Shown here one piece after another: positions 18,633 to 29,276 of a stretch of DNA of 61,115 nt (its first letter is position 1; each line of letters opens with the position of its first letter). Under the pieces are notes generated by a model that made no database searches, was not told where the DNA came from, and saw nothing but the letters and a program-made list of their open reading frames with translations. Origin of the DNA: Terriglobales bacterium (GTDB taxonomy: Bacteria > Acidobacteriota > Terriglobia > Terriglobales > Acidobacteriaceae); NCBI GenBank assembly GCA_015655195.1, contig JAATFM010000291.1, positions 1 to 61,115 on the forward strand, written 5' to 3'. Made by a program: the position numbers and the translations under genes.

Positions 18633-19532
18633 ATGCCTTTGCCTTGGAGGGTATCGATGGGTTCGAGCTGGCTATGCTTTGGCAACCATCAGGCCGCAAT
18701 TTTCTCTTCCGACACTTCTGACATCTCGTCGGACGTTCGATTTCATCCGCCTCATTCGTGCAGCACGGAAGCGGCATCCAGCATAACTCCAAACGCCCTG
18801 AGCGCATGGTCCGGTTCGACCGGCAAGCGTATCTTCGACCTCGTGTGCGTTCTCAGTGCGCTTCCGCTTGTCATACCGATCTTTCTTCTCGTGGCGTTGG
18901 CTGTCCGGCTCACCTCGCCGGGGCCGGCGCTCTACCGGCAGAAGCGTGTGGGGCGCGACGGGCGCACCTTTACCATTCTTAAATTCCGCACCATGCCGGT
19001 ACGGACGGAGGGCGAAGGGCAGCCGCCGCTCACGACTGCCAACAATCAGCGATTTACGCCGATTGGTCCGTTCCTGCGCCGCTCAAAGCTCGATGAGCTA
19101 CCGCAGTTGATTCACATTCTGCGCGGGGAGATGAGCCTGGTGGGGCCGCGCCCCAAGCTGCCGTGCCTTTGTCTGGAGGGCACGTGCCTGGACTGCCGGC
19201 CGGGGCTGACGGGCTTTGCCACCATGGTCTTTGCCCGCGAAGAGATAGCGCTCGCGAGCCTTCCACAGGCCGATGTGCTGGCCTATTACCAGGGTGTTAT
19301 CAAGCCCTTCAAGCACAGGCTCGACACGGCTTACATGGCGCGGGCCAGCTTTCTCTCCGATCTGCGGATTGTTTTGAAGTGCCTTTTTCGTGCCTGGGGC
19401 GATGTGGCGCTCACCGAACTGTCGCCACTGGAGGGCCTCCTGCACGGTGCCGCACTGCTGACTCCGGCGGGGCAAGCATGGATCGAGGAGCGGGCCAGCA
19501 ACGTGCATCGCACGCACGTGCTGGCCGCTTAG
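18633..19532 (+). CDS. Bacterial sugar transferase (monotopic phosphoglycosyl transferase); start uncertain
   Basis: KRIFDL, SPGPALYRQKRVG, KFRTM, IGPFLRRSKLDELPQL, GEMSLVGPRP and RPGLTG. Confidence 0.88.
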   Translation: MPLPWRVSMGSSWLCFGNHQAAIFSSDTSDISSDVRFHPPHSCSTEAASSITPNALSAWSGSTGKRIFDLVCVLSALPLVIPIFLLVALAVRLTSPGPALYRQKRVGRDGRTFTILKFRTMPVRTEGEGQPPLTTANNQRFTPIGPFLRRSKLDELPQLIHILRGEMSLVGPRPKLPCLCLEGTCLDCRPGLTGFATMVFAREEIALASLPQADVLAYYQGVIKPFKHRLDTAYMARASFLSDLRIVLKCLFRAWGDVALTELSPLEGLLHGAALLTPAGQAWIEERASNVHRTHVLAA

Positions 19533-19647
19533 AGCAAATCCTGAGAAGGTGTGTCCTGTTGAGCGTTGCCCAGGGTTGCCGCTCCCTGATGGTCGCGCCA
19601 ACTGAGATGTCGCGGCTTCGGGTTACAGCATCTCAGGATTTGCTGCA
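19530..19647 (+). mobile_element. MITE-like element, TAGAGCA-type shell with a different REP cargo
   Basis: Left end TAGAGCAAATCCTGAGAAGGTGT; right end ACAGCATCTCAGGATTTGCT (14-bp perfect inverted match). Its TAG is the sugar-transferase stop. Internal GCCGCTCCCTGATGGTCGCG. Confidence 0.65.
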
Positions 19648-19664
19648 GCTGGAATGCGATGTTT

Positions 19665-20587
<923 letters not shown>

Positions 20588-20597
20588 GCACGGGGAA

Positions 20598-21092
20598 TCA
20601 CTTCGTAGCTTCAAAGAGGAACCAGGCACGCCGCTCCGCCTGATCGATCCAGTTTTCGAGCAGGCTCGTGGTGCCTACGTCCTTCGCGTCGTCGGCGATC
20701 TCGTGAGCCTTTCGCATTACTTCGAGCACCGAGCGGTTGTCGTCCAGCAGCTCGGAAAGCATTGCTTTCGCGGCAACGTTATGCTTCTCGTTGTCCACAA
20801 TGGTTTTAAGCTCCGCAATCTGCCCGATGGAGCGGATCGTTTCGCCGCCGATCTTCCGCACCCGCTCGGCAATATCGTCGCTGATGGCGAATATCTGTGC
20901 GGCCTGCTCGTCCAGCAGCAGATGGTAGTCGCGGAAGTGCGGCCCGGCAATGTGCCAGTGAAAGTTCTTAGTTTTGATGTAGAGCGCAAAGACATCGGCG
21001 AGCAGTGCATTCAGAATGCTCGAAGCGTTTTCGACGTACTCGGGCGAAAATCCGGCGGGCGTAGTGACCGCCTTGGCTTCCTGTGTCGGCAT
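20598..21092 (-). CDS. dps: DNA starvation/stationary phase protection protein Dps
   Basis: KTKNFHWHIAGPHFRDYHLLLDEQ...DDIAERVR ferroxidase motif; GGAG before MPTQE. Confidence 0.93.
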   Translation of the reverse strand: MPTQEAKAVTTPAGFSPEYVENASSILNALLADVFALYIKTKNFHWHIAGPHFRDYHLLLDEQAAQIFAISDDIAERVRKIGGETIRSIGQIAELKTIVDNEKHNVAAKAMLSELLDDNRSVLEVMRKAHEIADDAKDVGTTSLLENWIDQAERRAWFLFEATK

Positions 21093-21249
21093 AAAAAGCT
21101 CCTTGTCTGCGGAAAGTGAAAGAAATCTCTTCGCTGTCCTCCCATTAGGATGCGCCTTGCGGCGGGAAGTTGCCACCGTGCCAGCCGCGGCAAAAACTGA
21201 TATTCTCTCTCCGCTGCGGAAAAGCGATTTACACGGGGTGAGAACGGTA

Positions 21250-22725
21250 ATGTGGTTTCTGGGAATGGACGTAGGCACGGGCGGCACGCGGGCCGTTGTG
21301 GCGGATGAAAACGGCAGGCTCATCAGCGGCGCGGCCGCAGAGCACGCTCCCTTCCGCGTGGACCACCCCGGCTGGGCCGAGCAGGACCCCGAGGACTGGT
21401 GGCGCGCCGCGAAGGAAGCGATTGCCGGCGCGATTGCCGCCGCGCCCGAGCCCAGGCAGCCTATCGCCGCGCTTGGACTCACAGGCCAGATGCACGGCGC
21501 AGTGATGCTGGATGAGAACGGCGCGGTGCTGCGTCCGTCTTTGATCTGGTGCGATACGCGCACCCAGCCCGAGTGCGATTGGCTGCACGAAACAATCGGC
21601 TATGAGAGGCTCATCGAGCTGACCTGCAACCCGGCGCTGCCCAACTTCACGCTGACGAAGCTGCTGTGGGTCAAGACACACCAGCCGGAGATTTTCGCCA
21701 GGATCCGCCATGTGATGTGCCCCAAGGACTACGTCCGTTACCGGCTCACCGGCGAGTTTGCTATCGACGTACAGGAGGCTAGCGGCACGCTGCTGCTCGA
21801 TGTGACGCATCGCCGCTGGTCCGCGGAGGTGGCTGATGCTGCCGGGATCCCGCTTGCGTGGCTTCCCAAAGTCTATGAATCGCCCGAGGTCTGCGCCCGC
21901 GTCAGCGAGTCCGCGGCCTCGCTGACCGGCCTTGCCGCCGGAACCCCGGTTGTTGCCGGGGCGGGCGACCAGGGCGCGGGCGCGGTCGGTATGGGAATCC
22001 TGCATCCCGGCTCGGTTTCGGCGACGATTGGCACCTCCGGAGTGGTTTTTGCCTCCACAGCACAGCCAACCAAGGACCCGAAGGGCCGCTTGCACACCTT
22101 CTGCCATGCCGTTCCCGGACTCTGGCACGTTATGGGAGTGACGCAGTCCGCTGGCCTTAGCTTTAACTGGCTCCGTAACACGTTTTTCTCAGGGCAGAGT
22201 TACGATGCGCTGACCGCCGCGGCGGAAAAAATCCCCGCCGGCTCCGAGGGGCTCGAATGGGCGCCTTACCTACTCGGCGAGCGCACGCCGCACCTCGACC
22301 CGGAGGTGCGCGCTGCATTTGCCGGCATTTCGCCGAGCCATACCGCGGCTCACTTCACACGCGCCGTGCTGGAGGGCGTCGCCTATTCGCTGCAAGATAC
22401 ATTTACGCTTTTTGCCGAGTTGGGAATCCCGGTCAGTGGAATCCGCTTGGGCGGGGGGGGCGCGCGCGGCCCGCTCTGGCGGCGGATTCAGGCCGGCATC
22501 TACGGGCACACGGTCGAAATCCTCACCGCTGAAGAAGGCGGGGCCTTTGGCTGCGCGTTGATGGCAGGCGTTGGCGCGGGCCACTGGAGCGATCTCGATG
22601 AAGCCTGCGCGCAGGCCATCGAGGTGGCCGAGCGCATTGAGCCTACGGCCACCGATCTGGCGGCATACAGGGAAGGCTACGCGCACTGGCGCAGGCTTTA
22701 TCCGGCGCTGAAAAGCAGGGAATAG
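21250..22725 (+). CDS. xylB: Xylulokinase (FGGY family)
   Basis: LGMDVGTGG, GWAEQDPEDWW, GLTGQMHG, IWCDTR, GAGDQ, PYLLGERTPH and GGGARG. Confidence 0.9.
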   Translation: MWFLGMDVGTGGTRAVVADENGRLISGAAAEHAPFRVDHPGWAEQDPEDWWRAAKEAIAGAIAAAPEPRQPIAALGLTGQMHGAVMLDENGAVLRPSLIWCDTRTQPECDWLHETIGYERLIELTCNPALPNFTLTKLLWVKTHQPEIFARIRHVMCPKDYVRYRLTGEFAIDVQEASGTLLLDVTHRRWSAEVADAAGIPLAWLPKVYESPEVCARVSESAASLTGLAAGTPVVAGAGDQGAGAVGMGILHPGSVSATIGTSGVVFASTAQPTKDPKGRLHTFCHAVPGLWHVMGVTQSAGLSFNWLRNTFFSGQSYDALTAAAEKIPAGSEGLEWAPYLLGERTPHLDPEVRAAFAGISPSHTAAHFTRAVLEGVAYSLQDTFTLFAELGIPVSGIRLGGGGARGPLWRRIQAGIYGHTVEILTAEEGGAFGCALMAGVGAGHWSDLDEACAQAIEVAERIEPTATDLAAYREGYAHWRRLYPALKSRE

Positions 22726-22760
22726 GGAACTGAAAAAGGCTGGCAGTACCGGGCAAATGG

Positions 22761-22869
22761 GTAGTGGATCAGTTTGAAAAGACGCAATCCCCCGGGGGCT
22801 AAAGCCCCATATATTTTGCGGCGCTTAGCGTACGGGCTGAAGCCCGTACCTTTCAAACGGACCTACTAC
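22761..22869 (+). mobile_element. MITE-like element, GTAGTGG.TCAGTTTGAA shell carrying GGGCTAAAGCCC-type REP doublet
   Basis: Ends GTAGTGGATCAGTTTGAAA / TTTCAAACGGACCTACTAC (imperfect inverted repeat). Hairpins GGGGCTAAAGCCCC and GTACGGGCTGAAGCCCGTAC. Confidence 0.65.
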
Positions 22870-22930
22870 GGGAACAGGGAATAGAAAAAAGCCGGCTACA
22901 TGGAGCAGATGCGACCGACCTTTGTTTTTT

Positions 22931-23809
22931 TTATCGCTGTTTGGCCGCCGTCTCCGCCTGGAGCGTCATCACCGGGCAGGGCGCATGGGCCAGCACCTCG
23001 TAAACCGTCCGTTTCCGCGTGAAATCCTGGAGCGCCGGCCGCGGTGTCGAGCCCAGCACAATCAGGTTTGCCTTCTGCTTTTTCGCCTCGGCCACAATCG
23101 CCGCCGGCACATCGCCGTGAACCAGATGCGCCTCCACGGTTACCGCGCCGCTCAGCCTTTCCGCCAGACCTTTCAGCTTCGCATCCACCTCGCTGTCTGC
23201 CTGTGAGCCTGCCGGGGCCACATGAATCAGCGTGAGCCGCGCTCCCACCAGCGATGCCGCATGGAGCGCCAACTCGGCGCGGGGATGCGTCTCGCCCAGC
23301 AGTTGCGTGGCGTGCAGTACCAGGCGCTCGCCGCTGATCGATTTCCAGTGCGCCCCCGGCCCCAACGTTACCACCGGCACATGCGTCTCGCGCAGCACCC
23401 GCTCGGCCACGGAGCCGATCAGCAGCTTGCTGAGCTTGCCGCGGCTGTGCGTGCTGAGCACAATCCGATCCGCGTGGAAATACCGCGCCGCTTTCAGCAC
23501 CTGCTCGGCGGGATTGCCTTCCCATACCGCCGGCTCGCACTTGACGCCGCGCTGCCCGGCCATCTCCACCCACGGAGCCAGCCCTTTGGCCGTCGCCTCA
23601 GCTGCGGTGACGGGATCGTACATCGGCATTCCGCCGGCGTCCGCGGCCATCGCTTCGCTTGGCGCAATCACGTGCAACAGCACGAGCTTCGCGCCCGTCC
23701 AGACCGCCTGATCGATGGCGAACGGCACAATCCGCTCCAAATCGCCCAGATCCGATGCCGCCAGAATCACCGCCGGATGCGCCCAGCGGTCCTGTTCTTT
23801 CTCGCTCAT
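22931..23809 (-). CDS. Universal stress protein, tandem Usp domains
   Basis: GNPAEQVL...ADRIVLSTHSRG...LIGSVAERVLRETHVPV, and a second domain ending APCPVMTL. Confidence 0.92.
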   Translation of the reverse strand: MSEKEQDRWAHPAVILAASDLGDLERIVPFAIDQAVWTGAKLVLLHVIAPSEAMAADAGGMPMYDPVTAAEATAKGLAPWVEMAGQRGVKCEPAVWEGNPAEQVLKAARYFHADRIVLSTHSRGKLSKLLIGSVAERVLRETHVPVVTLGPGAHWKSISGERLVLHATQLLGETHPRAELALHAASLVGARLTLIHVAPAGSQADSEVDAKLKGLAERLSGAVTVEAHLVHGDVPAAIVAEAKKQKANLIVLGSTPRPALQDFTRKRTVYEVLAHAPCPVMTLQAETAAKQR

Positions 23810-24249
23810 ATCCCTACCTTGCGGCCACACATCCGCCGCACCATAATCGGATGAACCATACTGTGAAACGAATCATAACTCCTGTGCCCGCCGTCACTTC
23901 TTCAGCAATGGAAAGCCGCTTCTTTGTGCGACGTGTGAGGTACAAGCGCATTGCACGGCAGGCTCAGACTAACGCGCCGGCTGCTATCCCGGCCGTTGCA
24001 CCGGAAGTTATTCCGAGCGTTTTTCATCTTTCTTCATTGAATCTTTATGTTACAGGTTTGTAACCTTGACCATGGAATCCCAAAACCACAAATTCCATAG
24101 CTGTCCTTGCTGTTTCCCGAAGAACGCATAGTTCTCCGGCGTCTCCCCATGCGCCGTTTCTGTACCCGGAAATGCACCTGAGCTGGCAGTCCATTCCAAA
24201 GGTGTGCGACAGAACCATCATTTCTGAATACTTACTGGAGGTAGTCGTG

Positions 24250-27200
24250 ATGCTTCATCGACGCAGTACCCGAAGTGTATTTGCACTCATGCTCTTTGCG
24301 GCTGGCCTGCTGTTTTTGGGCTCGCTGCCTGCCCTTGCACAGACCTTCCGCGGCGGAATCAACGGCACTGTTGTCGATTCCTCCGGCGCCGTCGTGCCCG
24401 GAGCTGCCGTAACGGCCACGGACACAGCCACCGGCGTCATCCATAAAACCATCTCATCGAGCGGCGGCGAATTCGCCTTCCAGGAGATCCCCCTCGGCAC
24501 TTACGAGGTTGAGGCTGCGGCCAGCGGCTTCCAGACCGTCAAGGTCGAAAAGGTTCCCGTGACCGCCGGAACCATTTACACGCTGACCGTGAAGCTGAAC
24601 GTTGCAAATGCCGCGACAACGGTCGAGGTCCAGGCATCCGCCCTTACGCTTGACACCACATCCACGACGCAGGTGGCCGAAGTGGGAGGCACGCAGCTTC
24701 AGGACACGCCTCTGAACGGGCGCGACTTTACCCAACTCATCATTCTTACCCCCGGCTTTGCCAACACGGGCGCCGGTGGTTTCGGCTCGCTCAACGGAAC
24801 CCGCGCCAACCAGATCAACTGGCAGATTGACGGCATCGACAACAACGACCTGTGGCACAACATTCCGGCCGTCAATCAGGGCGGTGTCTCCGGCATCGCG
24901 GGCACCGTCCTGCCCATCGACGCGGTGGACACTTTTTCCGCGCAGACGCAGGCCTCCGTCGAGTCTGGCCGCAACCCCGGCGGCAGCGTAAACCTTTCGC
25001 TCAGGTCCGGTACAAATCGGCTCCACGGCTCGGCCTATTACTACAACCGCAATGAGTTCTTTGGAGCTACCAACCCTTTCACCGCGCCTGAAAAGCAGGA
25101 GGTCCGCAACTACAACTATGGCTTCTCTGCCGGCGGGCCATTCATCAAAGACCACCTCTTCTGGTTCGTCACCTATGAGCACCAGCGCTTCACTATCGGT
25201 GTGCCGGATAAGGCCACTGTGCCCGATCAGCCTTATCAGTCGGCAGCCCTCGCCCTCATCCAGGCGAAAGAGGAGACCGTGAACCCCCTTGCAGAGAAGC
25301 TGCTGCAAACCCTCTGGCCCACGGACGCCACCAGCGGCGGTTCCGGCGCGCCATCGCTCCACAACTATCTCGCCGCCACGCCCGAGTTCGGTTACAGCTA
25401 CAACGGCCTGGGCAAGATCGACTGGACCATCGACGACAAGAACTCCATCACTGCCCACTGGTTTGTCGGCCAGGGCAACCAGGAAGCTCCCGTTGGCTCC
25501 TATCTCCCCTGGTACTACGAGGTCGCCCCGCTTCACGTGCAGAACTACGCGCTGGTTTATAACCATGTCTTCTCGCCGACGGTCACCAACCAGGTGCTGG
25601 CCGGCGTGAACTACTTCAACCAGGTCTTCTTCGACGCGAACGCCGACTTCGACGCAGCCTCGCTTGGCCTCATCACAGGGTCTACGCAAAAGGGCGCTCC
25701 AAACATCGACATCGTGGGCTTCGATAACACCGGCGAGACGCCTCCCGAGGGCCGCAACGACATCACCGGCCACCTTACCGATGACCTCTCCTGGGTTGTA
25801 GGCAAGCACCAGTTCAAGTTCGGCGGTGAGTTCCGCCAGGCGCAGCTCGACGAGTTCTACAAACGCCACTCTCTCGGCTCGTTCAAGTTCGACGGCTCGC
25901 AGGGCGGCTGGGACTCCGACAACTCCCTGGTCAATTCGCTGGCGGACTTCCTTACCGGACAGGCTGTGACCGCCTCTATCGCTCTCGGCGACCCGGACCG
26001 CCAGGTCTTCGTCAACACCTTCGATCTCTTCGCCCAGGATGCCTGGCAGGTCACGTCCAGGCTCAACGTCAATTACGGCATCCGCTGGGATTACGAAGGC
26101 CCGCTGCACAACGACTACAAGAATCTCTCTGTCTTCCGTCCTGAGCTGGGCGGCGACGGCATCGGCATTCAGGGCGATAATATCGACACGCTTTACAATC
26201 CCACATACACGAATTTCAGTCCCCGTGTCGGCCTCTCTTACCAGGCCACGCCTCACACAGTCGTCCGCCTGGGCGCGGGCCTTTACTACGACACGCCGAA
26301 CCTCAATCCATTCCTCGACAACCGCCCCAACAACGGCGCGCCCAACGGCGTCGAGGGCAATCCCACCAGCGCAACCTCGGTGCGCACCTCCACCGTCAAT
26401 GATGTCGTGATTCAGGACGGCGTCAATGTCTTCACCGGGGGAAGCGCACCGTCGCTGTACAGCCTCTTTTCCATCGACAAGAACTTCAAGCCTTCACACA
26501 ACTTGAACTACAACCTGCAGATTGAGCAGAGCATTTCTCCCAAGGTTGTGGCGCAGTTGGGCGTTGTGGGCACCGCGGGCCGCCACCAGCTTTCGATTCT
26601 CGACATCAACCAGGCCGCGCTCGACCCCACCGGCATCGGCGTCCGTCCCTATGACGGCGTCCTGGTGGCCTATGACGGCACTCCCTACAGCTTTATCAAC
26701 CAGATCGAAAGCATCGGCAACTCGAACTACAACTCGCTCCAGGCCACACTGCGCGCGTCCAATCTCCACGGATTTACGCTCCAGGCCGCCTACACCTGGT
26801 CGCACAGCTTCGATGAGGTAACAGCCTATCGCGGATCGCTGCCCCAGGACAGTACCAACTTCCGGGGCGACTACGGCTCGTCGGACTTCGACTTGCGCAA
26901 CATCTTCACCGGCCTTGTCACCTGGGATGTGCCAGGCTCGCACGTGTTGCCCCCTCTCACCAAGGGATGGCAGGTCAACAGCCTCCTCACCTTCCACAGC
27001 GGCAGTCCCTTCTCCGTGTTCAGCGCGACTGACACCTCGGGCACCAACGAGGGCAACCAGCGCGCTAATCTCGTCCCCGGCGTCAATCCCTACAAGGGGT
27101 TCCGCAAGGGCGGCGTCGTCGATGGCCAGGGGCTCAACTGGCTCAACCCCGATGCCTTTGCGACTCCGGATAATGGAACCTGGGGCAATACGTCTCGCAA

Positions 27201-27471
27201 CGAGTTCGTCGGACCCGGCTATGGCGACGTTGACCTCTCGGTCTTCAAGAACACCAGGATTGGCGAGCGCGTCACCACGCAGTTCCGCGTCGAGATGTTC
27301 AACCTCTTTAACAAGACCAACTACGCGGGGCCATTGGCAGACATCAATCCCAACTACGCCTACACTGGTCAGTTGGGTCTCTATACCACCATTGGCAGCT
27401 TCAACGGCGCTCCTGGCATCGGCGCGGGCGAGCCCTACAATACCCAGTTCGCTCTCAAGATCATCTTTTAG
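24250..27471 (+). CDS. TonB-dependent receptor (carboxypeptidase regulatory-like N-domain)
   Basis: INGTVVDSSGAVVPGA, PLNGRDFTQL, RSGTNRLHG, AQDAWQV, FSPRVG, FRVEMFNLFN and terminal QFALKIIF. Confidence 0.93.
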   Translation: MLHRRSTRSVFALMLFAAGLLFLGSLPALAQTFRGGINGTVVDSSGAVVPGAAVTATDTATGVIHKTISSSGGEFAFQEIPLGTYEVEAAASGFQTVKVEKVPVTAGTIYTLTVKLNVANAATTVEVQASALTLDTTSTTQVAEVGGTQLQDTPLNGRDFTQLIILTPGFANTGAGGFGSLNGTRANQINWQIDGIDNNDLWHNIPAVNQGGVSGIAGTVLPIDAVDTFSAQTQASVESGRNPGGSVNLSLRSGTNRLHGSAYYYNRNEFFGATNPFTAPEKQEVRNYNYGFSAGGPFIKDHLFWFVTYEHQRFTIGVPDKATVPDQPYQSAALALIQAKEETVNPLAEKLLQTLWPTDATSGGSGAPSLHNYLAATPEFGYSYNGLGKIDWTIDDKNSITAHWFVGQGNQEAPVGSYLPWYYEVAPLHVQNYALVYNHVFSPTVTNQVLAGVNYFNQVFFDANADFDAASLGLITGSTQKGAPNIDIVGFDNTGETPPEGRNDITGHLTDDLSWVVGKHQFKFGGEFRQAQLDEFYKRHSLGSFKFDGSQGGWDSDNSLVNSLADFLTGQAVTASIALGDPDRQVFVNTFDLFAQDAWQVTSRLNVNYGIRWDYEGPLHNDYKNLSVFRPELGGDGIGIQGDNIDTLYNPTYTNFSPRVGLSYQATPHTVVRLGAGLYYDTPNLNPFLDNRPNNGAPNGVEGNPTSATSVRTSTVNDVVIQDGVNVFTGGSAPSLYSLFSIDKNFKPSHNLNYNLQIEQSISPKVVAQLGVVGTAGRHQLSILDINQAALDPTGIGVRPYDGVLVAYDGTPYSFINQIESIGNSNYNSLQATLRASNLHGFTLQAAYTWSHSFDEVTAYRGSLPQDSTNFRGDYGSSDFDLRNIFTGLVTWDVPGSHVLPPLTKGWQVNSLLTFHSGSPFSVFSATDTSGTNEGNQRANLVPGVNPYKGFRKGGVVDGQGLNWLNPDAFATPDNGTWGNTSRNEFVGPGYGDVDLSVFKNTRIGERVTTQFRVEMFNLFNKTNYAGPLADINPNYAYTGQLGLYTTIGSFNGAPGIGAGEPYNTQFALKIIF

Positions 27472-27490
27472 AGTGGCAAATCCGCTCGAC

Positions 27491-27562
27491 AGAAGCCCTG
27501 TCTTCGGGCAGGGCTTCTCTTTGCTAATGCAAGAGCCCTCGCTTAGGCGAGGGCTCTTGCAT
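27491..27562. terminator. Two tandem hairpins between convergent genes
   Basis: AGAAGCCCTGTC-TTCG-GGCAGGGCTTCT and ATGCAAGAGCCCTCGC-TTAG-GCGAGGGCTCTTGCAT. Confidence 0.8.
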
Positions 27563-27579
27563 CTTTGGCGGAACTTATT

Positions 27580-27604
27580 GCCGGGGATAAATCCCCGGCC
27601 TACC
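27580..27604 (+). repeat. REP GCCGGGGATAAATCCCCGGCCTACC
   Basis: Identical copy at 49655-49679; variants inside 41196-41323 and 31468-31603. Confidence 0.8.
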
Positions 27605-27614
27605 CAACCTATAT

Positions 27615-28838
27615 TTACGACATGTGCGTGAACGGTGTCTGGGCGAGGCGGCCGGGGAGTTTGGGAGCGCGCAGACCGGCTGTGGAAGAGGGCGGGGCCG
27701 ACATCACATCCGTAAATGCCTTGCGGAAGGCCAGCATCTCGTCCTTTGTGCCCACCGTGACGCGGACCTGTGTGGGCCACGCCGGCCAGATGCGCCCGAT
27801 GTACATTTCCTTGGACGCCAGCGCTGCCTGTATCTGCTGCCCTGGGCGCTTTACGTCGAGCATGAAGCAGTTGCTTTCGGAAGGCGTTACCGCGTAGCCC
27901 TGGCTTTTGAGCCAGGACAGCGTTTCCATACGCACGTTGCCGATGAACTTGCGCCGCGTCGGCACCAGATCCTTGTCCTCGATGCTAGCCTTGGCCGCTG
28001 CCAGCGCTGTAATTGGCAGCGAGTTCTGCCCGAAGTACTGGTACTTGGCCAACTGTTCCTTGGGGCCGATGGCAAAGCCCATGCGGATGCCCGCCATGCC
28101 GTACAGCTTGGAGAAGGTGCGCAGAACGACCACGTTCCTGCCTTCCTTCACGAAATCCAGCGAGCGCGGCTGCTCGCAGAGGTGAATGTATGCCTCGTCG
28201 ATCAGGATCACCGTGTCTTTGGGCGCATTCGCCACAAGGTACTCGATGTCGGCGCGCGGCGTGCAGGTGCCTGTCGGGTTGTTCGGGTTGCAGATGTAGA
28301 TCACGCCGGGATTCGACGATGCAGCCAGCATCGCCTTTACGTCGTGCTTGGCTTCGCCGTTAGGATCGGCCAGTGGAACCTTGATAACCTGCGCGCCGGA
28401 AACCTTCGCGGCCCACATCGGCGCTTCGTAGCCGGGGTCGGCAACCACCAGCGGGCGGTCCTTGCTGGTGTTCGCCACCACTGTGAAATGCAGCGGCTCG
28501 CTGGAGCCGGCAAAGGCCTTCACGCACTCCGGATCGAGCCCTTCGATCCTGGCGAAGCTCTCCGTCAGATCCATCTCCATGTTGAAGAGGTAGCGCCCGC
28601 CGCGGGGAACAATCTCTACCATCGCCTTGCGGGCAGCCTCGGAGGGGCCGAGCGGATTTTCGTTGGCGTCAATATGAATGCCAATGTTGGGATCGGCGAA
28701 GTGGGGGCGCTGGGCAAAGGCCAAGTGGGATTCGGTGAGGATGGGCATGGAGGCCAGAGCGGAGGCTCCGGCGGCGAAGCGGAAGAAGGAACGGCGCGAA
28801 AGTCCGCTAGAGACAACAGAATCGACAAGAGGATTCAT
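27615..28838 (-). CDS. PLP-dependent class I/II aminotransferase (HisC-like) with Tat signal peptide
   Basis: SRRSFF twin-arginine motif, ANENPLGPS, YICNPNNPTG, DEAY and RTFSKLYGMAGIRMG. Confidence 0.88.
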   Translation of the reverse strand: MNPLVDSVVSSGLSRRSFFRFAAGASALASMPILTESHLAFAQRPHFADPNIGIHIDANENPLGPSEAARKAMVEIVPRGGRYLFNMEMDLTESFARIEGLDPECVKAFAGSSEPLHFTVVANTSKDRPLVVADPGYEAPMWAAKVSGAQVIKVPLADPNGEAKHDVKAMLAASSNPGVIYICNPNNPTGTCTPRADIEYLVANAPKDTVILIDEAYIHLCEQPRSLDFVKEGRNVVVLRTFSKLYGMAGIRMGFAIGPKEQLAKYQYFGQNSLPITALAAAKASIEDKDLVPTRRKFIGNVRMETLSWLKSQGYAVTPSESNCFMLDVKRPGQQIQAALASKEMYIGRIWPAWPTQVRVTVGTKDEMLAFRKAFTDVMSAPPSSTAGLRAPKLPGRLAQTPFTHMS

Positions 28839-29192
28839 GGGTGATTCTCCTTTGGGCTGTATGGTTCGGACGGGAAAGCGCCAGACGCGCCATCGGCACG
28901 CAGGAGGGTGCGGCGCCGGCAGAAGGGAGATGAGACGCGCTTTGCGGCATAAGCCACGTTAGCGCCGCCGGGGCTGGAATTCAATAGCAAACGCATAAGG
29001 ATTCTTCATGCGCGGGGCCGCGGCAGGCGCTGCCCACGCTTCTGAAACTCGGTTGCTGGAACTCGCAAAAAATGGCTCCCGGTGCTGATCTCTGCGAATG
29101 TGAGGATGGCTCTGGCGCACCGCGGTCCTCGGACGATACACTGCCGCCGCATAGCTGTGGACTACTTTGTAGCAGCCGGCGCGTCAAGACGC

Positions 29193-29222
29193 TTGACAAG
29201 CCATGCAGTAAACCCATTTACT
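29193..29222 (+). promoter_or_regulatory. Putative promoter and LacI-like operator upstream of the SSS operon
   Basis: TTGACA at 29193; palindrome AGTAAA-CCCA-TTTACT at 29207-29222. Confidence 0.45.
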
Positions 29223-29276
29223 TGAGGGCGAGCGCTCATTGGAGTTGCGGGCGTATTCACCCAGGTCAGGTGACAC

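Noticed and set aside
20598-21563. 321-aa Dps overlapping a 569-aa XylB in the ORF track
   Set aside because: Over-extended starts; the RBS-supported starts (21092, 21250) leave a normal divergent intergenic gap.
29040-29170. T-box, glycine, glmS or ykkC riboswitch
   Set aside because: Only fragmentary resemblance; diagnostic cores are absent. Kept only as an unassigned leader.
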